Assembly (NCBI GenBank): GCA_016839515.1
Contig: JAEOUE010000183.1
Location: 626-24,625 of the forward strand
Origin: Candidatus Hodarchaeum mangrovi
GTDB taxonomy: Archaea > Asgardarchaeota > Heimdallarchaeia > Hodarchaeales > Hodarchaeaceae
Length of the DNA stretch: 24,000 bases
Direction: 5' to 3'
A program made the position numbers and the translations under genes. Below, piece by piece: positions 15,519 through 24,000 of this stretch. Within the stretch, counting starts at the first letter, position 1; every line of letters starts with the position of its first letter. Under the pieces are notes generated by a model, which saw only the letters and a list, made by a program, of their open reading frames with translations, did not search any database and had not been told where the DNA came from.

Positions 15519-15932
15519 TTAAAGTCTTAGTGTCACAACTTTCGAAGGTTTTAATTGTATTAATATCAGTATTTTACCAGTTGGATCACCCTGTTGAGGA
15601 TATTTTTTCCCTCTAATTGAATAATACTTCAATATATTTTCCTTATTTTCAATTAGAGTCGTTTTTCCCTTAATCATGCAGAATTTGAGTTGACTCCAAT
15701 CTTCATCATAATAATCCACCAGAATGGCTGCTTCTGGATTTCTCCGAAGATTTCTCGCAGTTTTTGTCTCAGGTCTTGTTAATATATACACCATTTCATC
15801 TTGAATCCAATAACAGAATGGAGCAATACAAGGTGAACCATTTTTATCTACTGATGCAATTCGTAATAACCTTCCTTCTTCAAGGAATTTTTTTACATTA
15901 CTACTTATTTCAAGCATTTTAGATTTCTCCAA
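15519..15932 (-). CDS. Pyridoxamine 5'-phosphate oxidase-like (FMN/F420-binding split-barrel) family protein
   Basis: Family pattern: LLRIASVDKNGSPCIAPFCYWIQDEMVYILTRPETKTARNLRRNPEAAILVD. ATG 15917 (MLEISSNV...), with GGAGA 8 nt upstream, is a more likely start than the track's TTG 15932. Confidence 0.75.
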   Translation of the reverse strand: MEKSKMLEISSNVKKFLEEGRLLRIASVDKNGSPCIAPFCYWIQDEMVYILTRPETKTARNLRRNPEAAILVDYYDEDWSQLKFCMIKGKTTLIENKENILKYYSIRGKKYPQQGDPTGKILILIQLKPSKVVTLRL

Positions 15933-16184
15933 AGAATTATATGACCTCTTACTAAATTCTTTACATAAAATTCCATATATAGCTTATTTAATCATTAAAA
16001 ACATACCAGATCTATAGCTGCAACCTCTGATCGACCTTTTTTAGGTTTATTATTATTAGTCTGTATTTCTTTTCTTAGATCATTGTAACAAGCTATTAAA
16101 AATTCTAAAAAAATTTTTAAAAAAACTTTATTATTTTATAAAAATCCTAAAATTTTAATAATTTTTCTAGGTTGAGTAAATCTA
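15933..16184. promoter_or_regulatory. Divergent AT-rich intergenic region, probable promoters
   Basis: A 252-nt gap between divergently transcribed genes. TATA-like runs occur at 16134-16145 (TTTTATAAAAAT) and 16153-16161 (TTTTAATAA). The second run lies about 25-30 nt upstream of the TTG start at 16185. Confidence 0.3.
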
Positions 16185-17348
16185 TTGACACATGACGTAT
16201 TTTTTTCCCCTGCATGGTTATCTAAGCGGGATGCAAGCGATAGAAGTGGTAGTATTATCCAAAAAATACGAAAGATCTTTCAGAATGCTGAATTTTCTCA
16301 AAAAATCAGTAAAGGAGACCTGGTTTGCATCAAAACCAATTTTGGAGATCCTGGAAACACATATGTCATACGGCCAGTCGTGTATAGAACCATTATCGAA
16401 ATCATTCGCAAAGCAGGGGGGACACCTTTCCTTGCAGAAACTACAGGTCATGGATATATGAATCATAAGAGGTCTGCAGCTCATTACATTGACTCTGCAA
16501 CTTGGCATGGATTAACTATTGGCTCTTTAAGAGCACCCTTAATAATTTTAGATGGTTTTTGGGGAGTAGATGGAGTAGAAATTGAGATCCCAAATCATAA
16601 CGTCCTCAAAAAAGCTTGGGTTGCCCGAGGGCTTGTTGGAATAGATCATGTGGTTAGTGTATCCCATTTCAAAGGACACTCGCCCTATACACGTGGTCAA
16701 TCTATCGCTGCTTCTCTGAAAAATCTAGGTATAGGATGCACTACGAAAACTGGGAAGTATATGGCCCACTTTGATCCTCCTCTTATTGTAATAGAAGAGA
16801 AATGTGATGGTTGTAAGAAATGTCTCAGTAAATGCCCTGTTCCTAGTGCAATTAATGTTTCAAATGGAAAGGCCAAGATCAACAAAGAATTTTGTCTGCT
16901 TTGCGGAAATTGCAAGAGTTTATGCCCTCTAAAAGCAATAGAGCCTTCTGGAAAACATTCCGAAGAACTCCTCCAGAAATTTATTGTTGATTTAACTAAA
17001 GCTACTTTGAAAGTGGTAGGAAAAGAAAATTTCACTTGTTTAAACTCAGCTTATGATATTGTAACTGGATGTGATTGTAGATCAATCAATAGCGTTCCTA
17101 TCGTACCTAATGTAGGATTTATATTATCTAAAGATCCTGTTGCTGCAGATAGAGCGACATTAGATCTCGTCAACGAAACTTCAGGGATACCTGGTACTGA
17201 AGCAGAGCAACTTGTTTGTGTAGCCCCTGGTGAGGAAAAATTCAAAACTAGTCGTTTATTCGAATTTTGTGAAGCTGCAGGGCTTGGTTCGGGAGAATAT
17301 AAACTTATTAAGGCTGTACCAAAAGAAACTCCTCCTCTCCGACTTTGA
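16185..17348 (+). CDS. DUF362 domain protein with an inserted 2x[4Fe-4S] ferredoxin module
   Basis: DUF362-like N-terminus: DVFFSP...ISKGDLVCIKTNFGDPGN...RPVVYRTIIEIIRKAGGTPFLAETT. Two CxxCxxCxxxCP motifs are present: CDGCKKCLSKCP and CLLCGNCKSLCP. TTG start. Confidence 0.8.
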   Translation: MTHDVFFSPAWLSKRDASDRSGSIIQKIRKIFQNAEFSQKISKGDLVCIKTNFGDPGNTYVIRPVVYRTIIEIIRKAGGTPFLAETTGHGYMNHKRSAAHYIDSATWHGLTIGSLRAPLIILDGFWGVDGVEIEIPNHNVLKKAWVARGLVGIDHVVSVSHFKGHSPYTRGQSIAASLKNLGIGCTTKTGKYMAHFDPPLIVIEEKCDGCKKCLSKCPVPSAINVSNGKAKINKEFCLLCGNCKSLCPLKAIEPSGKHSEELLQKFIVDLTKATLKVVGKENFTCLNSAYDIVTGCDCRSINSVPIVPNVGFILSKDPVAADRATLDLVNETSGIPGTEAEQLVCVAPGEEKFKTSRLFEFCEAAGLGSGEYKLIKAVPKETPPLRL

Positions 17349-17625
17349 TAATTGTGGACATGAAAATTTGATGAACTAGAGGAAGAACTCCTATATTCTA
17401 GATTTAAAATCAACCTAATGTATTCTTCAAGGTTTTTGTATAGGTTAAGCAATGATTCGATTATAATCTGACTGGTTTAATCAATTTAGTATATTTCTGG
17501 TAAAATATTTCTTTTTCTCTTCTTTCGATCTTAAATAACTATTGTGATCTTATGGACTAATGAACAATTATAAGTAAAACTTAAAACTGAATGTATCTTT
17601 AATTCCAGAGTGAATTTTAAGAGAG

Positions 17626-18438
17626 ATGTCAATGAGACAATACAAATTCATTGTAATTAGTTTTTTACTATTACATGCCTTTGGTAATTTTCAGATAAAT
17701 GTTAAGGGAAATGATGAAATTCCTATTACCCCAAATGATGAATTCTTTATTGAGTCAATAGATTTCTTTAATATTGATCCAAATAGCTATAGATTGGTAG
17801 TTACAGGTGAAGTAGCCAATCCTTTAAATTTAACGCTTGAAGAAATCAAAAAAATGCCTGTTACATCGGAAATTGTTAGGTTAACCTGTGTTGATTATAG
17901 ATATAGGTCTACATCATTAACAGGAGTCGCTAATTGGACTGGAGTAAGATTGTCTTATATTTTAAATTTAGCAAAGATTAATTATTTTTCTGTAAAAGAT
18001 ATTACATTCCAGACTCCTGATTTAAGCCCCAATGCTTATTCAACAAGTCTATCGATAGAAGAATCGTTTTGGGGTGATGTTATTCTAGCATATGAAATGA
18101 ATGGTGAAGCATTACCCAAAGAACATGGTTTTCCAATACGACTAGTTTGCCCCCGATTCTATGGTTATAAATGGATTAAGTGGGTAGCATATGTTAATGC
18201 AACAACAATTGATTATTGGGGATTTTGGGAAAGTAGGGGTTATAATGACACACCATATGTCGATGTCCCTCTACCTATATATTATTCACCAATAGAATCT
18301 GATACTACAATTCCAATATCTATGTTTAATGAGTCAAAAACCACTAGTTTCCCTGGTATAGAGTTAATTCTCCCAATAGCATCAACAATTGGAATTTTAC
18401 GATCTAAACCCACTTATTGGAAAAAAAAATCAAAATAA
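17626..18438 (+). CDS. Exported/anchored oxidoreductase molybdopterin-binding domain protein (sulfite oxidase / MsrP-YedY fold)
   Basis: Domain pattern: GEVANPLNLTLEEIKKMP...RLTCVDY..WTGVRLSYIL......ILAYEMNGEALPKEHGFPIRLVCPRFYGYKWIKWV. The conserved Cys sits where the Mo ligand is expected. The hydrophobic N-terminus is MSMRQYKFIVISFLLLHAFG. The C-terminus is a hydrophobic stretch plus a basic tail (FPGIELILPIASTIGILRSKPTYWKKKSK). Confidence 0.75.
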   Translation: MSMRQYKFIVISFLLLHAFGNFQINVKGNDEIPITPNDEFFIESIDFFNIDPNSYRLVVTGEVANPLNLTLEEIKKMPVTSEIVRLTCVDYRYRSTSLTGVANWTGVRLSYILNLAKINYFSVKDITFQTPDLSPNAYSTSLSIEESFWGDVILAYEMNGEALPKEHGFPIRLVCPRFYGYKWIKWVAYVNATTIDYWGFWESRGYNDTPYVDVPLPIYYSPIESDTTIPISMFNESKTTSFPGIELILPIASTIGILRSKPTYWKKKSK

Positions 18439-18622
18439 ATCCTATTTAAAAGTATGATTTCATTCAATAATCATCTGATTGATAATCTGCAGTATATAAC
18501 CAGCTTCTTGTGGCATTTAAGTTTACTGGATTAATATAATAAAATAAAAAAGCAGAGATGTTATGCCATACAGGAAGGAATTTTTTTATTTAACATTCTT
18601 TATTTAATTATGGTGCCTTTAG

Positions 18623-19240
18623 ATGGAAAAAATCGGATTAAATGCATATGTACTAGACACAATGAGCCATACAGCTTTATTATCCGCAAATAGATTAATT
18701 TTAATTGACACTGCCATGGAAAATTCCGCTAAGACCCTCATAACGGAGATAAAAACTTGTGGATATAAACCAAAAGATATAGAAACAATTATTATTACTC
18801 ATAGTCATATTGATCACATTGGTGGATTACCAAGTGTAGAAGAAATTATTGGAGAACCAAGGATTGCGTGTCATGAGTTAGAAGTGGAGCCTATATATGA
18901 ACAAGTGAAAGTTAAGATCCACGATCTTCTAAAAGATGGCCAAGTATATGAGGGATTACTGGTTATTCATACTCCAGGTCACACTCAAGGTAATATATCA
19001 TTATTAGACCAAGAATCAGATTTATTAATTGTTGGTGATAGTTTTCAAACAGTAGAAGGAGAAGTACAACCCATGCCTGATAGATATAATCAGGATCCAG
19101 CTCAACATCGCAAATCAATGGAAAAATTATTAGGTTTTACATTTAATAAGGCAATCGTTGCCCATGGCCATTGTTTACATTCAGATGCCTATTCTCTTTT
19201 AAACAAAGCAACAAAAAATGACAATTTTAGGTTTTATTAA
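18623..19240 (+). CDS. MBL-fold metallo-hydrolase
   Basis: HxHxDH motif (THSHIDHIGG). Downstream HTPGHT and VAHGH ligand-type motifs are present. Length is 205 aa. Confidence 0.85.
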   Translation: MEKIGLNAYVLDTMSHTALLSANRLILIDTAMENSAKTLITEIKTCGYKPKDIETIIITHSHIDHIGGLPSVEEIIGEPRIACHELEVEPIYEQVKVKIHDLLKDGQVYEGLLVIHTPGHTQGNISLLDQESDLLIVGDSFQTVEGEVQPMPDRYNQDPAQHRKSMEKLLGFTFNKAIVAHGHCLHSDAYSLLNKATKNDNFRFY

Positions 19241-19331
19241 TTTACTTAAACGATTGTAAAAACCAACATTTATTCTAAAACAAATTTAATTTCCCCTTAA
19301 CACGCTATCTTAGAACTGATTTTTCGTATCA

Positions 19332-20333
19332 TTATGAAGAATGATTTGGACAGTGATTGTTCTCCCAAAAGCTTGCCAATCTGGTTAATGTCAAAAAATT
19401 CGGATCAAATTTAGTTTTTAAAAGATCAATCAACTGTCCCATTAACCCAACAGCTCCTTGACCTATATTTTGTTCTAGTTCGTAATGACCAACCTTCTGC
19501 ATTTCTGTGAACTCCCATATTGATGATTTAAAAGCAAAAATTATTGGAATGTCTGCTGGAGTCCGTTTAGCAATCCTATCAAGAATTGTTTCAACTCGTT
19601 GAATCCCTAAAGTTCTACAAGAAAGCATTGAAAAAGTTCTATGAATAACCATCATGTTCGTTGATATCTCAGGACGAGGATCACAACTCATGGGGATTTC
19701 TAAAAGCCTTAATGATTCTCTTTCTTCTTTGGGTTCCAAATTTAATGAATTTCTTTCTTCAGTAGTCATTTTATGAATATAAGGATGATAAGGAGGTCTC
19801 CAATCCCAATATTTCCAGTTTGGGATTGAAACATCCACTTGGTATTTTAAAGTGTCTAAGTACTTAAGAACTTCCCAATCAATTGTGGTGTAGGGCATCT
19901 TGAAGGATGTAGGTCGTTTACCAAAGAAGTTTTCAATTTGTGAGGTACTTTTATCAATGATTTCGAAAGCAGTTCTTCTATCATCAAAAGGGAGTGGATT
20001 GAATCCTTCAAAGAGTTGAAGATCCATTTCATCATCTTTCAATTTAAATCCAATTTTCTCATATTCTGCCACAGGTAGTCGTAATGAAGGCAAATAAAGC
20101 TCATGTTTGTAACCATGACAGGCTATTTCGTGTTGGTTATTAGCACAGTGTTTCAGAGCTTTTCCTCTATCTTCAATAAGTTTTGATGATAGTAACCAAG
20201 TGATTTGAATTCCTTGCTCTTTAAAAATATCTAACAGAATGGGAAGAGCAAGGTCTATTCCTTTGTATTTCGGTGGCATTGCACCTAGGTCTCTCTCAAG
20301 GTCTACTGTAAGGCAAACAACAACATTTCTCAT
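19332..20333 (-). CDS. Polysaccharide deacetylase (CE4-like) family protein
   Basis: N-terminal beta-strand plus Asp motif (VCLTVDLERD, compare TFDD). HGYKHE compares with H-x-x-x-H. FKMPYT compares with RxPY. The match is divergent, so the assignment is moderate. Confidence 0.55.
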   Translation of the reverse strand: MRNVVVCLTVDLERDLGAMPPKYKGIDLALPILLDIFKEQGIQITWLLSSKLIEDRGKALKHCANNQHEIACHGYKHELYLPSLRLPVAEYEKIGFKLKDDEMDLQLFEGFNPLPFDDRRTAFEIIDKSTSQIENFFGKRPTSFKMPYTTIDWEVLKYLDTLKYQVDVSIPNWKYWDWRPPYHPYIHKMTTEERNSLNLEPKEERESLRLLEIPMSCDPRPEISTNMMVIHRTFSMLSCRTLGIQRVETILDRIAKRTPADIPIIFAFKSSIWEFTEMQKVGHYELEQNIGQGAVGLMGQLIDLLKTKFDPNFLTLTRLASFWENNHCPNHSS

Positions 20334-20336
20334 TTA

Positions 20337-20801
20337 TTATACACCTTTAAAAGGACTAGTGACTTCATCAAGGAGATTATCCATCACAATGAATATTTGA
20401 TATCCATTAATGTCTTCTATGTGGGAAATTTCATCAATAAAACCTTTCAATTCGTCCAAATCTTTCATTCGAACTTTTATCATCACATTACTAGGTCCAT
20501 TAGTAATATAAGCCTCATGAACTTCATTTCTATTTATCAATTCCTTTGCGAAATTTTGAACCTTTACCGTTGGAACATTAAGACCTAGTAAAGCACAAAT
20601 CTTTTTTCCAATCTTTTCATAATTAATGCCAATAGTATAGTTTTTTATAACTCCTTTATCTTCCAACTTTTTAACACGTGAATAAATTGTTGGAAGGGAG
20701 ACATCCACCTCTTCTGACAATTTCTTAGCGGGAATTCGTGAATTATCTTTCAAAATCCTAAGAATTTTGTCATCTTTAGTATTCAATATAATTCTCACCA
20801 T
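20337..20801 (-). CDS. Lrp/AsnC-family transcriptional regulator
   Basis: N-terminal HTH: DDKILRILKDNSRIPAKKLSEEVDVSLPTIYSRVKKLEDKGVIKNYT. A C-terminal RAM-type domain follows. Length is 154 aa. Its stop lies 3 nt before the start of the downstream deacetylase gene. Confidence 0.9.
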   Translation of the reverse strand: MVRIILNTKDDKILRILKDNSRIPAKKLSEEVDVSLPTIYSRVKKLEDKGVIKNYTIGINYEKIGKKICALLGLNVPTVKVQNFAKELINRNEVHEAYITNGPSNVMIKVRMKDLDELKGFIDEISHIEDINGYQIFIVMDNLLDEVTSPFKGV

Positions 20802-20804
20802 TTC

Positions 20805-21128
20805 TTATCTTGGTCGAAACCAATCGTTTTCAGGAACACCAAAAGAATTATTGCTAATGTTCTCGAGTTTAAATAGAAATAAATCAGTGAAAAATCTTCC
20901 TTCACCGAAATTACCAATTGTCTTAGCGATATAGCCTCCAAAGATTCTAATCGTTTTACTATAAGTGTTTACCTTATTGGATCTTCTTATTGGTATTTTG
21001 ATTTTTCTTAATTGTGTTAAGTTTAAGAACTTTCTCTTTATTCTCAATGAGAATAATAGAAGATAGAGTAATAGCTGATATAATGTAAAAACATTTAGCA
21101 CAAATTGAAGAAAACCTTGATTTATCAA
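20805..21128 (-). CDS. Hypothetical small protein (one N-terminal TM helix, basic middle); coding status uncertain
   Basis: ORF with a TTG start and no recognisable family or Shine-Dalgarno. The only support is that its stop lies 3 nt upstream of the Lrp ATG (TAA GAA ATG). Confidence 0.3.
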   Translation of the reverse strand: MINQGFLQFVLNVFTLYQLLLYLLLFSLRIKRKFLNLTQLRKIKIPIRRSNKVNTYSKTIRIFGGYIAKTIGNFGEGRFFTDLFLFKLENISNNSFGVPENDWFRPR

Positions 21129-21339
21129 GATAATAAAAATTGGAAGTTTAAGGATTCCGAAATAAAGTATCCTATCTACTAAGAAATTTTCATGGTCTTG
21201 ATTTTATTAATATTTGGAAATCTTGGTAATAAATAGAAAATCTCTGTCATTCTAAAGGTTTTTTTATAAACTTAATAGAAAGAAAATAAGAATTTAAGTA
21301 TTATGTTTATTTTGAATATAAAAATGCGAATTCCTTAAT

Positions 21340-21384
21340 CAAAAACAAAAAAATGGAGAGAAAATAATTCCCTCAAAAGGAATT
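21340..21384 (-). terminator. Candidate terminator of the ABC-2 operon
   Basis: On the minus strand, a 6-bp stem AATTCC / GGAATT (21379-21384 / 21366-21371) with a 7-nt loop overlaps the permease stop codon. It is followed by a T-rich tract (TATTTTCTCTCCATTTTTTTGTTTT). The stem is short. Confidence 0.4.
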
Positions 21385-23104
21385 AAACCAGATAGTCTCT
21401 CTTTGGAGTCCGTTGTGTAAGGATAAGAATGTAGAAGCCAAGAGTCAAAATTGTGCCAATAATAATTTCAGGGAGAATGTCAAATAAAGTACGCTTGTCC
21501 AAGATAATACTTATTGAATCGAAATAACCGAAGGGGGTGAAAAAACGCATCCATGAAAAATCGCTGCCAGGGAGAAAAGCAATGAAGATTATTAGGACAA
21601 AAAAGACCCATCCAATTATCAAAGTTTTTAGTACATGTTTCGAGGGAACTAGAAGGGCAAGAGAGAGGAAAAAAACGAAGATTACACTGTATCCCCAGAT
21701 GGAAACAAGATAACTTACCAATGTAGGCATAAAACCATGTTCAGATAAACGACCAAGCAGAACTTCCATCCCAAAGAGAGTTAAAATTTGAGCTGAACAG
21801 AGAATAACGAAATAGATGAGAGCTGCGATAGTCCTACTCAAGATTATATGTGTTCCAGTCTTCGGAAATACCCATGTAATTTCAGTGGTTCCATTTTTAT
21901 AATCACGTGTTATTATCCCATAAATGAACACCAGAAACAATGGTGCAATGATCATCCAAGTGAAACTATAGATTTCAAAGGCAAGGAATGTTTCTAACGG
22001 TCGTTCGACAATGGTTTCAGCGATCGTATTTCCAAATAGCAATGCTTCCATGAATGGCATATTGAAACTCTGTAAAAGCTCACTTACTTCTTCTGGCATA
22101 TACATTGTGATAACATAAAAGGCATAAAATATCATAAATATAAGATAGACAATGAAAAGGGTTGCATTTGCGTGAAGTTGGTCTCTAATCGCCGGATATT
22201 TCCAGCCTATCTTCCCAAGTATATTATCTATAGGTTTTCGAATATATGAGAGTGTACTAGATAATTTTGCCGATGATTTTTCTTCTTTCTCTTCTACAAT
22301 TGTCTGTTGTTGGACTCCTGACTCCAAGAAATTCTTTCGATAGAACAATATAATAGATACCAAAATTAAGATCAGAACAAGTCCAATTACCAATAGAATG
22401 AACTCCTCGTTCAAAGTTCCCATAATACTATTATTGACAACTTTAGCTTGAGAAAAAAGACTTAACTGACGAAGTGAATCAAGTTCACTTATCTGATTAG
22501 CGGACAGGTCTACAATAATAGAAAATACAATGTATAACCCACCAAGGGCATATCCAGTATTCTTGGAGAAGTTAATACTACACCCAAACGCTGTGATAAA
22601 TGTTATCGCTATTACGAGTAGAATGGCGAGAGAAAAACAAATAGTAATGTTTTGGGCAGCATCCCAAGCGTTATTGATATAAAGAAGGGCAAGAGAAACA
22701 ATATAACTAGGCAGGGAGATTAACCCAATTAAAATGATAACAACTAGTGAATTTTCTAAGAATGACTTTGTAAGCGATTTTGGTGTAGTGAAAAGAATTT
22801 CCTTTCCATCTTTTTCGTTAATTGGTAACAAATTGCTTCCAAGAAATACCCCTGCAACTGGTAGATATAAAGACAAACTGAAACCACAGAAAAAGATTAA
22901 CCACAGAGAAAAACCAGGATTATCAGTTGGAAAATCACCAAGAAATTTCATCAATTGAATGAACTCTACCAAAGCATTTTCACCAGGGTAAAACATTGCT
23001 ATACCAGTAATTAATAGAACATAAAGAAAGATAGCTAATCCAACAACAGTTCGATGACGATAACTATGAAGATAAAACCGCTGAATCGTTTTTGAAAGGC
23101 TCAT
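21383..23104 (-). CDS. ABC-2-type transporter permease, fused double-module (about 6+6 TM)
   Basis: 573 aa. Two hydrophobic halves are separated by a hydrophilic linker (QQQTIVEEKEEKSSAKLSS...). The ATG overlaps the upstream ATPase stop (ATGA at 23104-23101). Confidence 0.75.
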   Translation of the reverse strand: MSLSKTIQRFYLHSYRHRTVVGLAIFLYVLLITGIAMFYPGENALVEFIQLMKFLGDFPTDNPGFSLWLIFFCGFSLSLYLPVAGVFLGSNLLPINEKDGKEILFTTPKSLTKSFLENSLVVIILIGLISLPSYIVSLALLYINNAWDAAQNITICFSLAILLVIAITFITAFGCSINFSKNTGYALGGLYIVFSIIVDLSANQISELDSLRQLSLFSQAKVVNNSIMGTLNEEFILLVIGLVLILILVSIILFYRKNFLESGVQQQTIVEEKEEKSSAKLSSTLSYIRKPIDNILGKIGWKYPAIRDQLHANATLFIVYLIFMIFYAFYVITMYMPEEVSELLQSFNMPFMEALLFGNTIAETIVERPLETFLAFEIYSFTWMIIAPLFLVFIYGIITRDYKNGTTEITWVFPKTGTHIILSRTIAALIYFVILCSAQILTLFGMEVLLGRLSEHGFMPTLVSYLVSIWGYSVIFVFFLSLALLVPSKHVLKTLIIGWVFFVLIIFIAFLPGSDFSWMRFFTPFGYFDSISIILDKRTLFDILPEIIIGTILTLGFYILILTQRTPKRDYLV

Positions 23105-24000
23105 ATAGCACCCTCTTCTTGTTGTCTGTAGAATTGAAGGAAATAATCTTCTAGACTAGCAGGAGGAAATACTATCTCTTCTGGTTTCATTGGTATGAGT
23201 ATTTCAAGATATTTTTCAATCGAATCTGATTGAGGAACTAGAATACGTGCACGATTTTCTTCGATTTCAAGTAAGTTATCACCAAATTTCTGAAGCTCTT
23301 GTTTATTAGGATTCCGAAGGGTTACCTCCAATATTCTAGACACTTCTTTGTTCAAACTTTCTATATCTAAGACGCTTATTAGGTGTCCATCCCTTACAAT
23401 ACCAACCCGATCACATATACGTTGAACCTCGGCTAAATTATGACTACTGAAGAAGATTGTTTTTCCACGACTTTTTGCATCTAAAATGAGGTCATAAGTC
23501 TCTTGTTGTAAAAGCGGATCAAGTCCAGAAGTAGGTTCGTCAAGGATTAGTACATCAGGGTCATGCATAAAGGCAGCAACTATACTTACTTTTTGTTTAT
23601 TACCTTTAGATAATTCTCCAATTTTCTTTTTGACAGGGAGGCTAAATCTTTTAATAAGTTCATCACGTCTAGGGCTAGGTGTACTCCGCATACTTTCAAC
23701 ATAGTTTAGGAAATCATTTGTGGTGTAGGTCTCTGGAAGAACCCCTGCTTCAGCTATGTATCCGATTTTTTCGCGTATCTTAGGATTTCTTCTTGTAATC
23801 TTACCTCCATTAATCCAGATTTCTCCCATATTCGGTAAAAGGATATTCATCATACATCGAATAGTTGTAGTTTTACCTGCTCCATTGGGACCGAGAAAGC
23901 CAAAGATTTCTCCACTGTAAATCTCGAGGTTTAAATTTTCTATTCCACGTTGTTTTCCATAATATTTGGTCAGATTTTGTATTTTTATTTTACTAGTCAT
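23101..24000 (-). CDS. ABC transporter ATP-binding protein (ABC-2/DrrA-like subfamily)
   Basis: Walker A GPNGAGKTT, a signature variant LSKGNKQK and Walker B LILDEPTSGLD, plus a switch His (FFSSHNL). The ATG is the last three bases of the window, so upstream context is unseen. Confidence 0.9.
   Translation of the reverse strand: MTSKIKIQNLTKYYGKQRGIENLNLEIYSGEIFGFLGPNGAGKTTTIRCMMNILLPNMGEIWINGGKITRRNPKIREKIGYIAEAGVLPETYTTNDFLNYVESMRSTPSPRRDELIKRFSLPVKKKIGELSKGNKQKVSIVAAFMHDPDVLILDEPTSGLDPLLQQETYDLILDAKSRGKTIFFSSHNLAEVQRICDRVGIVRDGHLISVLDIESLNKEVSRILEVTLRNPNKQELQKFGDNLLEIEENRARILVPQSDSIEKYLEILIPMKPEEIVFPPASLEDYFLQFYRQQEEGAI

Noticed and set aside
17375-17400. Possible terminator hairpin after the DUF362 gene (TAGAGGA-AGAAC-TCCTATA)
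   Set aside because: The stem is only 7 bp with an internal G-A mismatch, and no clean T-run follows. The support is too weak to annotate.
16192-17452. ORFs 16192-16461 (+), 16218-16508 (-), 16697-17035 (-) and 17051-17452 (-, with a poly-Ser run)
   Set aside because: They overlap the DUF362-ferredoxin CDS out of frame or antisense. The DUF362 frame carries the recognisable motifs. The poly-Ser stretch comes from reading an AGA/GGA-rich sense region backwards.
18454-18534. Small ORF (26 aa, MISFNNHLIDNLQYITSFLWHLSLLD) in the spacer before the MBL gene, plus similar 14-23-aa ORFs in 21129-21382
   Set aside because: No Shine-Dalgarno and no recognisable features. Their length is within chance expectation for AT-rich spacers.
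20397-22958. Plus-strand ORFs 20397-20588 and 22734-22958
   Set aside because: They are antisense to the Lrp/AsnC regulator and the ABC-2 permease respectively, and are shadow ORFs.
1-24000. Search by eye for CRISPR arrays, tRNA/rRNA genes, IS elements, toxin-antitoxin pairs or known defence-system signatures
   Set aside because: No regularly spaced direct repeats and no cloverleaf-like GC-rich segments were seen in the intergenic regions, which are all strongly AT-rich. No nuclease, integrase or other defence-type motifs were recognised. Absence is judged by eye only.

Overview
AT-rich, gene-dense prokaryotic window with about 23 CDS. I saw no rRNA, tRNA, CRISPR array, transposase or IS ends.

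Positions 1-15492 form one peptide-utilisation island:
- A minus-strand operon holds four tandem M19 (renal-dipeptidase family) paralogues. It ends in a 3'-truncated MFS transporter (1-984) that is absent from the supplied ORF track.
- A divergent Dpp/Opp-type ABC importer follows in the order SBP, ATPase, ATPase, permease, permease.
- After that come a fifth M19 paralogue, an MmgE/PrpD-family protein and an M29/AmpS-NicX-like metallohydrolase.

Positions 15519-24000 carry:
- a PNPOx-like split-barrel protein
- a DUF362/di-[4Fe-4S] ferredoxin fusion
- an exported Moco-binding (sulfite-oxidase/MsrP fold) domain protein
- an MBL-fold hydrolase
- a CE4-like deacetylase with an Lrp/AsnC regulator
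- an ABC-2 exporter pair

Most notable observations:
1. The transporter's family-5 substrate-binding protein appears circularly permuted: C-terminal third first, then the N-terminal two-thirds. It has a new signal peptide and a new C-terminal membrane anchor.
2. The M19 paralogues fall into two subtypes arranged A-B-A-B. A fifth, inverted copy lies on the far side of the transporter.
3. All five paralogues carry HxH where the M19 family signature is HxD.
4. A PrpD-family enzyme is embedded in a peptide locus.

Starts are Shine-Dalgarno-led (GGAGG, GAGGT or GGTGA at 6-9 nt), and TTG starts are unusually frequent. Taxon cannot be determined from the sequence. The C-terminal TM anchors and sequon-rich exported proteins hint at an AT-rich archaeon, but a low-GC anaerobic bacterium is not excluded. 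All functional calls come from reading motifs by eye; no database search was run.
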